Shown here piece by piece: positions 12,001 through 23,577 of a stretch of DNA of 60,000 bases (position 1 is the first letter of the stretch; every line of letters begins with the position of its first letter). A program made the translations under genes and the position numbers. This DNA is from Laetmonice hystrix (taxonomy: Eukaryota), in contig OZ249436.1 in assembly GCA_965235115.1 (NCBI GenBank), positions 46,130,001 to 46,190,000 of the forward strand, read 5' to 3'. The notes beneath the pieces were generated by a model that saw only the letters and a program-made list of their open reading frames with translations, searched no databases and was not told the origin of the DNA.

Positions 12001-15000
12001 GTTTCCCCATCATCACGGATGTAGTAGATGAGAAGGTGCGCTATAGGAGACATCTCAGGGCGAATGGTAATTCTGAGTGGCATGGACGCCACATGTTCGG
12101 GCAAGGTGACCTCAGGCTCTGTGGGCTCCGGTGGCTGTGGGTCTAAATATTCAGTCTGATTAACATAGAGTCCGTCTTACTTTAACTCACCAGTATCACC
12201 ATAACAAATGGCACAGACCTCTAACACTCACACGTGGCTCTTTTCAAGGTGTCTCTACACAGGTAAAAACTACGGAAATAGGCCGGTAATTTTTTCCCAA
12301 GTACTGTAATGGAAAAGTGGACTGTCAGTTTGCTAAGTTGAAATCCTTCATTCTAAAGCCTGGTTTGTACTAATTATAAGATTTAGAGATAAGGTGAGAG
12401 ATTGCTTATTTGATTACTGGTATATTTCAATTATTTTAATTGCCAAGTTATCAATTTTCATCCAGACCCACCCAATACTTGCTACCTTTAAATCAACCGG
12501 TACCAATATTACACCTAATGATTGAGACTTATCCAGAGCTGTGGATACAGTGGACAGATGTAATGCTCACATATGGATGCAGGATCTTCATCCACCACTA
12601 GACCAGTCTCTTCATTTTTCCCGACATTGACGGCATCATGATCTTTAAAGTGGTGATGCTTGTGACCAGAAAGTACAATATTGCCCCGGGACATCACCTG
12701 CAATTTTCCACATTAGTTGATTATCACAAAATAACACAGGCATGGGTCAGTGTAATCGACATGCTCTTCCAATTATTTAATATTACCTGGCGCTACCTTT
12801 GAACACCTGTTCTCTGGTAGTAATTGGCCTTACCTGGTAGTAGAATTTGTAGGAAGTGTTAGCAGGTGTTGTGTAGAGTACATCAAGGTCCAGGTGTTGG
12901 CCACACATGGTCATATCTCTGATCGGTTCTACCTGGATAAAACTACCGGATGGTGAGAACCACTGTTTGACTTGGAGGTATGCCCGTGGCTGGAAGGGAC
13001 TGTAATATCCTGGCTGGTAATCTTCATTGTACTTAAACGCCACAGCCTACAAATACAAACAACCACATCGGGTATTCATCAGTTAACAGGGCATACATAT
13101 TACTGTACACATTCTGAATATTTTACAAAGCTGTCATGAACCTACATCCAGTTCTATATAGCTGGCTCTAGTATTGTGTTAAGGTGATTTTGGACAGGAA
13201 GATGTTTTAAAAATTAATCTATACACTACAAAGTCCTGAAATGATTATGATATAGTGACTGTTTTGATCAAAGGTTGAATATTTACCGATATACGATACT
13301 CCACAAGCTTTTTGTCTACTGGTGGGAGTTTGAAGGTGAATTCTCCATAGTCATCTGATGTGAAGTTCTTGGAGAAGTGCCGTCCATGTCTGTAGTTGCG
13401 AATACTGAGCGTGATATGTTCTCCTGGGGCAGGTGAGCCGTCAGGTTTGGTTACCTTGGCCTATAAACAGGTACAGTGAAAATTTCACACTGAAATTGTT
13501 GGCACACAGCTAATACTATAATCTCCAGTTAGCAATGTTTGTTACACGGGTCAAAATCTTACACTTGCCAATGGTTAAAGGCCAGTCATGAATTTTCAGA
13601 ATAGAAAGAAATCAGCGAACCTTGCCATGGAAGGGAAGACCTGGTTTGAAATGTGCCGGTGAACCCTCACTCAGGTCAATCTGGATTGGGTTCCGCTCAA
13701 TCTTTGTGTTCGAAGAGTTACCAACAAGTGTGATTCCTGTCAAAATACATTATACAAAGCATTTTAATGGTGATGCAAAATCAAGTACATAATGCTGTAT
13801 AGAAAACAAATTTAAAAGCTTTGAGTTTCTTCAACGAACCTTGCCATTTTGTTTTAGGCGTAGCAATGAGTAATTTAAGAAAACAAAATGTTCCTGTTTT
13901 CTGTACCTGTAGCTTCCTCAGTAACTTCAGCATCAATTTTTACACGGGCATTCCACATGGACCAATGGTTTGAGGACAACATCATGCCAGTCGCGTTGAG
14001 AGCTAGTTTAACACAGCCATCAATCTGTGAGTGACAAAACCACAAACAGCGCATTAAACATGATAAAAAAACATGCCAATACTGAGTGAAGTAGTAACAC
14101 TATGGTCCATCCACCTCCTGGGATGTTAACCTTCATTTAGGAGGGAAACTGTTTACCTCAAGGCGTTCTAATACACAAGGACGCTGCCTTCTCCCATAGT
14201 AACGCTGCGAGACACAACCTCTAACTACGAGTGTCCCTTTCACGGGTTTGCCATATGTGTACCTGGGTAAGACATGAAGAGATTTATGACATCAGAGTAC
14301 GACGTAAAGCTCTGTTCAAGCCGTAAGCTGATCAAATATCAGACCCTATCATATTTATTGGCAATTAGGAAATGGTGCAGATAGTACCAGAAAAGGTTCT
14401 ACATCTACACCTTTCTTAAATAACAACTTCCCTGTTATCTAAAATTCTGGATCAGTCAGGTAGCCACAATGATAGCAAATCAAAATCTTTATTCGTTTTA
14501 CTTGCGTCCAAAACATAGAATTCTACCCACTTGGCACAGACTTCTCCTTTGACCTCTTCATCATCCACCATGACATAGGAAGGCATAGACACTGTTACCT
14601 CAAACTTTGGAAGCACTGCAACAGATGAACTCCAATCACGACTAGTTCATCAAAATCATTGAAAGAACTGTCACTTCAATTCCATGATATATCGGGTGGA
14701 TAAAAAAAAACGCCCCGAAATTTAAACTTTAATATTTCAATAGCTTTGCATTATAATTCAATAAAATTGCTCTTAATATAATTTCATGATATTATCTCTT
14801 GTATGTTAAAGTTTCCGCTCAATAGCTTTGATATTAATCCCGTGGCGCTAAAAACAAAAATCAGTGTCTAAAAACACAATGCCGGAATAAGGTCAAATAT
14901 CATGCAGCTGCCAGGTGTCCAATTTGATACCTGTTTGATGCACCGCATTGTACTTTGGGTAAAAACATTTTCAATATTTAGTTTTTGCATGTTTTACAAT

Positions 15001-18000
15001 ATGTATAATGTTGTGAACCACTAGATATAATAAATTATGTCCTATTCCTAGTACTTCTAGAGAAACCCAGATGTTTAATGTGCCAAACCCTACAGAGAAA
15101 CTGCAACATTAGGACGATATGACTGTAAGCAGAAGTTTAAGGGAAATCGTATCATTATCACGTTTAGCAACACGTTCAGAACGCTGCTTATTTCCCAATA
15201 ATGGGAAGATAATTCCCTATCATAGATCAGGAAGTGCTTTGGCGATGTAAAAAGAGACTGAGAGCAGTATGAAGTGAAAACGGGGGACCGATTGACACCT
15301 ACTCTAGTGTGAGGCCAGGGACTCTGGTGCGACTACCACTCACTTTAGGCCGGCATTGCGCTTTTGGACAATGATTTTTTTTTCAGCGCTACGGAAATAT
15401 TATCCAAGCTATTGAGTTGTAACATTAACAACTAAGAGACAACATCACAAAGTGATAGTAAGAAAAATTTCATTGAATTACAATCAAAACTTTTTGAAAT
15501 ATTGGAGTTTAAAGTTCGGGGCGTTTTTTTTTATCCACCCGATATATCAAAATATAGCACTCTTTAAATTCAAAACTATATGATAACTTCAGGCGTACCA
15601 TATTCTTCGACTTTGAAGGTCTGTTTTACCATGGTTCTGTCGACCTCAGCCTTGATAGTCCATGCTCCTAACACTGGTTCCTCAGACAGGGGCATTTTCA
15701 GTGAGAACAATCCCTTTTGTGACGTCACATTGTTCCACTGCATGACCCGTGCACCACTAGCATCCATAATAGCCACCAGGGGGAGCTGTTGAGATATCAC
15801 CCAAAACATTTCTGAGGGATCGCTTTATACCATACCCTCGCTTGGCTTTTATTATACGCACCTTTAGGATGCTGTGGGTGTCAGTTTTACAGGTTAAGAT
15901 GCATAGAAATCTTTAATGATCAAATTATTTACATCTTACTAGATCCCTTAAAGTAAAGAGATATTTGTAACCTGGTGCTCACCTGAAGGTTGACGGGTTT
16001 TAAATCAGGTGATAATGTCAATATTCTGAACTGAACTGCAAAACAAAGTAAAACGAAAGGTTGATATTTGACACTAAGTTGACAGTACAAAATATATATA
16101 GAAAGGTTTTTACTACGTACTAACCAAAGGCAAAGTTCAGAAAGACTCGATCTTCAGGAAAATTATAAAGTATGAGAGTCTTTTGTATAAATTTATCTGT
16201 ATTCATTTATAGTAGTGCACAAGTCAAACATGATATTATAGATCAGAAAATTCTGTTTGTTTACAGAGAATTGATTCTAGCCTACCTGTTTGTCCTGGCT
16301 TGTAGATCGGTTTGTCAGTCTGTATAAAGGTAAGAGTTCCCCGTTCTTCAACTCCTATTGTTTTGTTTGCGGCGAACACATAATCCCCAGCCTGCCCACG
16401 GACCGCTAACAAGAGCTTTTCACCAACAAACCGAGGTATTCTGAACTTAAAGCAGCTTCCCTTTCCTGGAAGACAGCACAAAATCAGAAGATGTACACCA
16501 GAAAGGATGTAGTGATTGGTTGTTTTAACCACACTGCCGAGGCACAGGGCGCCAAGCAGGCCACACATCCCACAGACCTGTACAGGATTCTCACAACTAA
16601 GGGGGACATGAATGGCCATTGGGTCATTTTACTAATATTTACTATGGACGTCTGGGCTCAATTTAACCAATATCGCATTGCAAATTGCGAGCCATTTTGG
16701 ACCCCTTTGGTTTTGCGATACAAGATGACAACTATCTTGCCAAAAATGTGATGCATATTTGATCCTACCAGAGCAGTCAGTCTCTATATAATGACAAGAG
16801 CCGCCGGTTAAGTGTGCAGCCTTGTGGAAAAGAACCCAATCTATGCCTGGGACTTCTGGGTCCTCTAGCAAAAGACCACGTTTCCAGTTTGTCTGAGATG
16901 ATTTGTCTGCGATAATTTGTCATGACAACTGCTAGATTTCTTCTGAACTTAAAATTTGTCACAGACAACTAGAGTATGATACAAGTTACAATATATACAA
17001 TGATCATCACGACATTTATTAGCTCTTACTGCTATATGCTACTGATAAGTTCATGTTCACAAATACTTACCCTTCTGGAATGTCTGCACTTGAGAATAAC
17101 TTTCTGTGCCATCAAATTGAAGAAGCTCAACACGCGTTACAACATCTTCATCTACGTCATGGAATGTCATACATAGCTGCTCTTCTGCACCGGCCTGAAG
17201 AACCTTGGGAGCTGTCAACAGGAATCCACTGCAACAACACAAAGTACCGTAACTAATTCTAATCATATAAAAATTATCACCCAAATTCAACCCTTTTGGT
17301 CAAGTCACTTGGTGCACTTTTAAACTGGGGATGGCCAGACATTAGATCACCTGATGCCAGTTCAAGGCTTTGAGGTATTTTTTTATGGTACATCATACAT
17401 GTACCTTCTAATAGAGTGAGATTGTACCTTCACTTTTAAGTTTAATCAAAATAATTTAGCTTTGCCAGAACTAGAAGATTCGGTCACGCTACCAGAGAAA
17501 TGAAGCATTGCAAGACTGCTAAACTGTTGTGTATAGTATGGGATGAGTAAGACAATGATATCATAGGGACTGGTTTGATTGTTGTTTGTGAGTGAGCTCT
17601 GAACATGTGGGACCAGTTTAAACCGATAGCCCACCCCCTGCCGGTCATAGCTAGCTGGGTCTGGCTCAGTCTCCCATAGTACCATTATAGCCTGGGGGCA
17701 GAGCGCCTAGCATCCACCCTTCTACCACTGGTCCTATATTATAACTCACCCCTACAATATGTACAACAATCCTAGGTGAAAAAATGGGTCAAACTGCAAA
17801 TATCACATCCGCTGGCAGTGGGTGACAGCAGTTTGGTGCCATGGAATGTTTGTGATACAACCCAGTTTTTGTTGTTTTTTCCTGAATGTGAAATGCTAAA
17901 CTCACCAAATTCAAACCACTGACACTGTATATTTTGGTCACTTGTGTGAAATTTGGCAGGAAATGGAAAGTAGGGCATTCCTGCCAGTGTCTTTGTAGAG

Positions 18001-21000
18001 TATTACTTGAAAAGTTTATTTGAAACCAAAAACGTGGGGTCAGACAAGAATCAGAACATCTCAGAAACACCAGAAAAAGTAAATGCGACTCAGAATAACT
18101 TTGAAACTAATGAAAGATCTATTTTGTATTGATCAGTCACTGACCATATTCCAATGATATTTTGGGGGGTGAAATGTTTATGATAATAGAGTGTTTTATT
18201 TTTCAGACTCTGAAAATTGATGTTTGTCCCACATCCCTTCTCTTTTTACCATATACACTAGTGTATCCCTGGTACATTCTACAATGAATGAACGATTTTT
18301 GCTGGATCATCTCAACATTCAACATTGTATCCAGATCACTACCAATTACTGCTACTGCCAAGCATGGCCCAGGCGTGGGAAAATGAGTTAAATGACCACC
18401 ACCAAAACTCTGATTTCTGACCATACAGGAATACGATACAATGAAAACAACGTCAAGCCTGGCTGCCATTGACATTGTTATTGCCATCTGCTTGCGTAGG
18501 ACACAGTTCAGTCTCTGACTCAGAACAGCTGTTTGAGGCGTTAGCTGAGACTAACCATGTCAACCAGGGCTACCCACGGGCCATAGGTTTTATATTGAAA
18601 ACTCAATCCAAAGTCTGTCATTATTTAATTCGATTTATCTGGTGCGTTGCAACCTGCAATAAATTTGGATTAGGGGCTTTATTAAATCTGCGGTGTAATA
18701 TATATGTCATGTTTAAAAGTAGGGCAGTTTAAGCAATGCATGCATGAGGACACTGTGCTATAAGTAGTTCAAGATAATGCTCCTAGTTCCTGATTGCCTA
18801 TTGAAGTTTCCAATAACAATTAGCAAATTAGCAAATTTCCTCTTTACTTTTGGGCTAAACTTGCACCCTGTAGATCTATATATCTATAGGTACTGGCACT
18901 AACTGATGTTTCCAAGCAATAAATCAGGGCCTGGGTCAACTGCATAGTTCAAGGTTATCAACAACAACAGCAACAACAACAACAACAACAACAACAGATA
19001 TGCCTGACTTGCTTTCCAAATTTAATGAGATTAATAGCTTCCATTTCATCCACGTTGTTGTCATTTTGTGTGACTTCCATAAATTAAAAGCACTCCGTCA
19101 ATTCCCCCCAAATATGAAAGGTACAGGTCTTTCATCCTTAGCAACATGATATTTAAATATGGCGATCAAAAATGGCAACAAATGTAAGAAAATTACAAGT
19201 TCAGTCGCCTGAGCACGGTTCATGGAGTTTACAAACCACTGCCATGGCAAACCAGCGTGGCTGTGTGGCGCAAAGGAAGGCTCCGTACTCTACATGTGCT
19301 GTTGTTTTGCTTCCAATTTATTACGAGATTCACAGGGTTGGACAAATTCACTAGTCCGAGGTCCGGGACCTGCCTATTATTGCTTCGAACTTGTGAAAAC
19401 ATATCAATGTTAGTCCCACGGACTCTTGCCCAGTCTTGGTTAAACCTACTCTCATTGACAGGTGGTATCTGTCAGGACCTGGTGCCAGGCATGTACTTTG
19501 ATGTAGCAGGTCACAAACCTCCATCCTCCAAGGATGCTGGAGGTCTGTGGCCTGTTATGGCAATGATGGCAAAGAGGACCCCCCCCCCCTCACAAATTTC
19601 ACTTTTTATAACCAAAATGCCTTTTTTTTACAACGGACTCCCCCCCCCCCCCCCTTCGATTTGCCCTTTTTATGTTGGACCCTGAATATTTAGACCCTAG
19701 ATCTGCCCTCAGGGTTTCCGCCAGAGGGTAAAATGGGTAAAATTCCGTACCCTAAATTTTTTCCAGGGTACGGATCCGTACCCTCAAAATCGTTGGGTAA
19801 CCATTTTTCCATGAAGTGATAAAAACCTCCTGATGAAGCCTTGAGCAACTTGAAGGAATCAAATATACAGGGATGAAAGTGGCCAGCTGTAAAATTTCCT
19901 GAAATTCTGACCGGGGGGGGGGGGGGAGCGGCGGGGGCCAATGTCCATAATTAATATTTGTTCATGCGCACATCCAAGGCTTACTCCCCCCCCCCCTTAA
20001 AAAAAAGTCAGGCTAGGAACAGCAGACAATCATGATCCGATAAGGCCTCCTAGCTATTATATATTATAGGGCCTAGCCCTCAGTATTTAGTTGCCACCCC
20101 CCCAACCCCACCCCCCCCCCCTCAACCCCCCACCCCTGCAAATTTGCTGGCTACACTCCATCACTCATCAGTCCATGCCCCTGTTCAAGGCTGTTGCTTG
20201 CCTGTCACTCACTGTCAACCTCTGCCTGGCTCTGCCGTCTCTCTCCAACATTGGAATCCAGTCGGCTTTTAGCGTCCAAAATGCACCCGATTACGTTGTC
20301 AAACAGCTTCCATGTGTTAGACTGATCACACAGGCTGTCCATCAGTCTTGACCCTCAGCAGTCACGACCCTCAGCGGCTCTCAGCCAAGCAACACAGTCG
20401 CCGAGTCGAGTGGTTCAGCCCGTGTGTCCATGTGCCACTCATGTTGTAAATATTGTCACTTCCGGTCTTATCAGGACACCTGCACTGATCGACAAATGTA
20501 ATGAAAAGTCCTGACAACCCCAAAACTACAGTGAAAACCACTTACGTAATGCCATTATCCTCAAATTTATATGCAAGAAACATTATGAGAACTTACTGAC
20601 ATATATACTAGGCAGATTCATAGAACTAAATTGACCCAGTTTCCTGTGAGGAGTGACATTGTGATGGTGCGTAGTTCGTCAGCCTAATCACTATCACCGG
20701 GACTAGACAGACCGTCTGTCTATAGTCTCGTTGCTATCACTAAGTGAGCGCTCAGGCAAAACTCGCGCATGGATATGGCATAATGGCAAGCCTGAATCAA
20801 CGGGCTTCGCAGCTGCCTGACCATCAGTTTTGCCTGAAGTCATTACCTGAGGTGAGTCGCTCTCACCACAGCGACACGGGGCCGTGCCTGCCAGACGGGA
20901 CAGACGCCACCGCGTGCCGGTAGAAGTCAGCCCACGCGGGCCGGTCTATGTGAGCGATGTGACCACAGCTACAGGGACCGCGGGCGGTACACCAGCACCC

Positions 21001-22376
21001 CCGGCAGACCGGCCTATGCACGGCGGCACTCGTGACACTGGACGGGTTTGAGACACTCTAATATCCCCATCTATAAACGAACTTTGGCAGGTAGGGATAT
21101 ATTGAGATGCATGGTGTTAAAAAAACGTCCTGGAAGGGGATATTGTTTCATTTGATATTAACAAATAGAATTGTCCACCACACAGTCCAGGGCAATACTT
21201 AGCCTTGGCTTAGGCCTACCTCTTTTGCCTATAGATCTAGGCCTATTTCCTTTTTTGGGTGTTATTTCTTGGGGGGGGGGGGGGGGGGTCAAATTTCCTG
21301 ATTTCAGGAAATTTCCTGAAAACTTTCATCCCTGAATATATAATAGAGAAGGAGTCTAATATTGTACAGTATGCAGTCTTTATTTGAATAATTCACATAT
21401 TTGTAAAAGCAGTTAGGGTTAGGGTTAGGCTAACCCTAACCGCCCCTGGTCTGTACCCTAAATTTTTTTTTCTGGCGGAAACCCTGGCCCTTAAATTGTT
21501 GTAGATCTAACCATAGACCTAGAGTAGAACTACTAGCTTTTTCTGCAAATACTTGTCCCGTGTTGTAAAAACTATTTAGATATAACATTCTACATAAAAC
21601 AAACACATAGCTGAGATGTGCGAGGATCCATGATATCATTTTGGAAGGGGTAAGACTTGGAAAAGGGGGTACAACAGTCCATTCAGGAAACTATGTGGAA
21701 AGTAAAATTTCAAGGGGGCCCGAGACCTGCTAGGTGTGCCCCTGCTTTCAGTTTCAGCCACCCAGTCCACCCCTATGCCCTTGATCACCCCAATACCCCT
21801 GTCCCATCCCCTTATATATTACCTGGTGCCAGAGTACCAAAATGCAAAAGAATTAAAATTGAAAATTAACCATTTTTTTAAAACCTATGTCGAGGGGGGG
21901 GGGGTTAATTAGTGTAATTAAAATGGCGAATTAGGGTACTGATCTTGCCAATTGGAGTAACCCTGACTGGAATAATAACCCCTCCCTGGGATCCCCCCCA
22001 GTAGGGGGTGGAATAACTTAGTTTTCCAATGAAACATCCCGGCAGATGGACAGCTTCTTTGAAACGGTTTCTTGACATCATGACTTAAATAATTGTTCAA
22101 TTATGAGTAAATATATCGTTTTTGGTGGCGAATTAGGGTCCTGTGACGTTAGCTAGCCTAGACAGCAACATGTATAGCCATGAATCAGGGCGCGCACTCC
22201 GTGAACTTTTGAACGTCAACAATCCGCAACCAAGCCAAGGTCCAAGGATGCTGAGGCTGAGCGACCGTGCAGCATCACTCAGACAGTGGCATCAACAAGT
22301 TCAAAACTTACCGTTTTGCCTCTGTTCGCACTGCAAACCCGATGACAAACACCAGAAACGCCGCGATCCGAGACAT
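30..22376 (-). CDS. A2M: Alpha-2-macroglobulin-family thioester-containing protein (A2M/TEP), multi-exon, 3' end beyond the left window edge
   Basis: Exons rebuilt with GT-AG sites and consistent phase: 22312-22376 (signal peptide [21 protein letters not shown]), 17071-17228, 16286-16465 ([14 protein letters not shown]), 15983-16035, 15599-15785, 14531-14615 (VLPKFEV), 14157-14262 (YTYGKPVKG), 13907-14024, 13621-13736, 13287-13460, 12834-13046, 12571-12697, 11952-12142, 11481-11630 (VIDKSVHLL), 11103-11187, 9845-9975 (RRRR), one of three alternative exons, 5097-5244 ([10 protein letters not shown]), 4696-4924, 3620-3766, 3250-3348, 2954-3005, 2751-2837, 2308-2484 (PTGCGEQNM), 1788-2113 ([14 protein letters not shown]), 1253-1415, 30-259 (GGFSSTQ). 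3924 nt = 1308 aa with exon 17b. Family is certain; exact orthology (A2M vs CD109/CPAMD8/TEP) is less so. Confidence 0.95.
3792..4609. repeat. Minisatellite, 44-bp unit, about 18 copies (A2M intron)
   Basis: GATAGAAACTACAGTAAGTATGTGATCTGGTCAGCATGGTCACA head-to-tail; some units carry an extra GGGTCACA. Confidence 0.95.
6241..6550. mobile_element. Degenerate Tigger/pogo-like MITE fragment
   Basis: TACTGTAATCTTCCGTGTACAAGC start and repeated TATAAGCCGCA subterminal motifs; right end not identified. Confidence 0.35.
6669..6789 (-). CDS. A2M: A2M alternative bait-region exon 17c
   Basis: ccattcag|CGT...CTA G|gtatta; 121 nt, phase 0 to 1; [40 protein letters not shown](G). Confidence 0.88.
7131..7257 (-). 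CDS. A2M: A2M alternative bait-region exon 17b
   Basis: gattgtag|ACT...GAA G|gttggt; 127 nt, phase 0 to 1; [42 protein letters not shown](G). Confidence 0.88.
7395..7608. repeat. Minisatellite, 19-bp unit, about 11 copies
   Basis: GCAATGGAAAGCATCACAA tandem, between alternative exons 17a and 17b. Confidence 0.92.
8018..8080 (-). CDS. Candidate auxiliary bait exon (63 nt, symmetric phase 1-1)
   Basis: ccttgttcag|TGCAGACA...GCAG|gttgtt; stop-free in frame after 17a: (V)[20 protein letters not shown](G). Donor is only moderate. Confidence 0.45.
8095..8482. repeat. Tandem repeat, 78-bp unit, 5 copies
   Basis: ATCTGAGTGATCAAATCAGTGACAACTGTCGCTCCCATC...CATGCACGCGTCAA repeated. Confidence 0.95.
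8837..8939 (-). CDS. A2M: A2M alternative bait-region exon 17a
   Basis: cattcag|ATA...CAG G|gttagt; 103 nt, phase 0 to 1; [34 protein letters not shown](G). Not in the ORF track. Confidence 0.85.
9259..9407. mobile_element. Near-perfect palindromic MITE (about 150 bp)
   Basis: ACCAGGGCCCGGTTTTTTGGTTGAGCTTGAG...CTCAAGCTCAACCAAAAAACCGGGCCCTGGT; arms pair almost fully around a GAGTCGACTC centre. Confidence 0.8.
10011..11080. repeat. Minisatellite, 38-bp unit, about 28 copies, filling nearly all of A2M intron 15
   Basis: TCTAATCTAATCAATTCTTTATATCAGTAACACATGTA tandem. Confidence 0.97.
14690..15544. mobile_element. Non-autonomous Tc1/mariner-like DNA transposon, copy 1 (about 855 bp)
   Basis: Long imperfect TIRs TATCGGGTGGATAAAAAAAAACGCCCCGAA... 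/ ...TTCGGGGCGTTTTTTTTTATCCACCCGATA, TA on both flanks; second copy at 48620-49476. Confidence 0.9.
18959..18995. repeat. (AAC)n microsatellite
   Basis: About 12 AAC units. Confidence 0.9.
19710..21486. mobile_element. hAT-like non-autonomous element (outer element of a nest)
   Basis: 16-bp TIR CAGGGTTTCCGCCAGA (19710) / TCTGGCGGAAACCCTG (21486); subterminal GTACCC(TAAA) repeats; GCCCT on both flanks. Confidence 0.7.
19868..21334. mobile_element. hAT-like non-autonomous element nested in 19710-21486
   Basis: 13-bp TIR CAGGGATGAAAGT / ACTTTCATCCCTG; subterminal AAATTTCCTGA repeats; AATATA on both flanks. Confidence 0.7.
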
Positions 22377-22444
22377 TTCCGACTCTGAGACGCAGATCTG
22401 CTGCCTGGTAGGATTAGAAACTAATTTCAGGCGGTTCCCACGGT

Positions 22445-22495
22445 TTCAGTGAGATGCTCTGCCTCTGCCTGTCCCTTGCCGGGGTTTTTATACTG
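22445..22495 (-). promoter_or_regulatory. Core promoter of the A2M gene (TATA box plus Inr-like site)
   Basis: TATAAAAA on the minus strand at 22492-22485, about 115 bp upstream of the ATG; a TCACT Inr-like motif lies about 40 bp downstream of the TATA start. Confidence 0.6.
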
Positions 22496-23455
22496 CATGC
22501 TAACTGCGCCCGCCAGGATAAAGACATCCCCTAGAAAATATAGTCCCAAGAATAACTTATGCAAATATTATTATATTTATACAAAAATTTAAGTAACTGT
22601 CACTTTTATTTTGAAAGAGTGGGTTTCACTTGAATTCTATAATATATTTCCTTAAAAGCCTATTAATTAATTACTACATTGTAACAATAGTAATGACAGC
22701 GTAGGAATATATTAGCCTTCTTTCTTAGAAATGCCCGTTCACAATTTGCGTCATTTCGACCGACTTGGCAGGAGTTCTCGGTAGGCCAGCCTCCAGTGGA
22801 CGGCAAAGCCGGACACTTTCCAGACCTAGCGGCGCGCAGACCCCCATCAAGGCCCGTATATGGATCACCCGTGTATCCAAACGCCAGTTATCTACAAATT
22901 GATGAGTGTCGCCTCTGAGGAAGCTGTGTAGGGGGCAGTTCATTCACACCCGGGGCGCCAGCCGAGCTGCGACAGCCGGAGTGGCCCCTCCCTCGATCGG
23001 GCACGTGTCGCATAGCCATAGGCCCCTAGCCTCCTAGGCCAGATCCAGTCGTGTTTACAAAGTGTTTTTTTTTAAATGTAAAAGCATAGAAAAAAATGAA
23101 ACTAGCTTTCATGGTGTCCATTTTTGACAATTAATGAATTTCAACATCTGATTTGTCTCACGTTGTTAAGACGGAATGGGCAATTATGTAGGTTGGTAGG
23201 CCTAATTAGCCGTGATGATTGGCATGGGCATGGCTGTATGGCGGTTAATTTGCATGGCGTTCGCCCCCCCCCCCCCCCCCCCCTAATCCCGGTTCGAGGC
23301 CTTAGCCGCTGGTATGTCTGATAATATGTGTCCTACTCCTATAATAAAGTTTGGAAATCCTATTAAATGCATAATTAAGGCCCCATGAAAAGTCACAGTC
23401 GCAACGCCGACGCCGGTTAAGGGATTTCTCGGCCGAGAAACCGCTGGACCGGAAC

Positions 23456-23468
23456 GTCGCCTAGCAAC
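23456..23468 (+). promoter_or_regulatory. RFX X-box upstream of CFAP141
   Basis: GTCGCCTAGCAAC fits the GTNRCC(N0-3)RGYAAC consensus, about 110 bp upstream of the ATG of a ciliary gene. Confidence 0.75.
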
Positions 23469-23577
23469 AGCACCGACCGGCACTGTCGAGAGTCGGAAGA
23501 AATCGTCGGCAAACGAGTTCAGTGTGGTGAGAAGAAAGTTTCCCGTCAGAACTGACTGATCAGCAGGTGCCACAATC

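Noticed and set aside
12191..12222. Small AG..GT-bounded segment between A2M exons 12 and 13
   Set aside because: Introduces an in-frame stop with either acceptor.
18865..18876. ACCCTGTAGATC matching the 5' part of miR-10
   Set aside because: Only 12 nt match; the rest diverges and there is no precursor hairpin.
21410..21437. TTAGGG repeats as a telomere
   Set aside because: Only about 3 units, inside a transposon.
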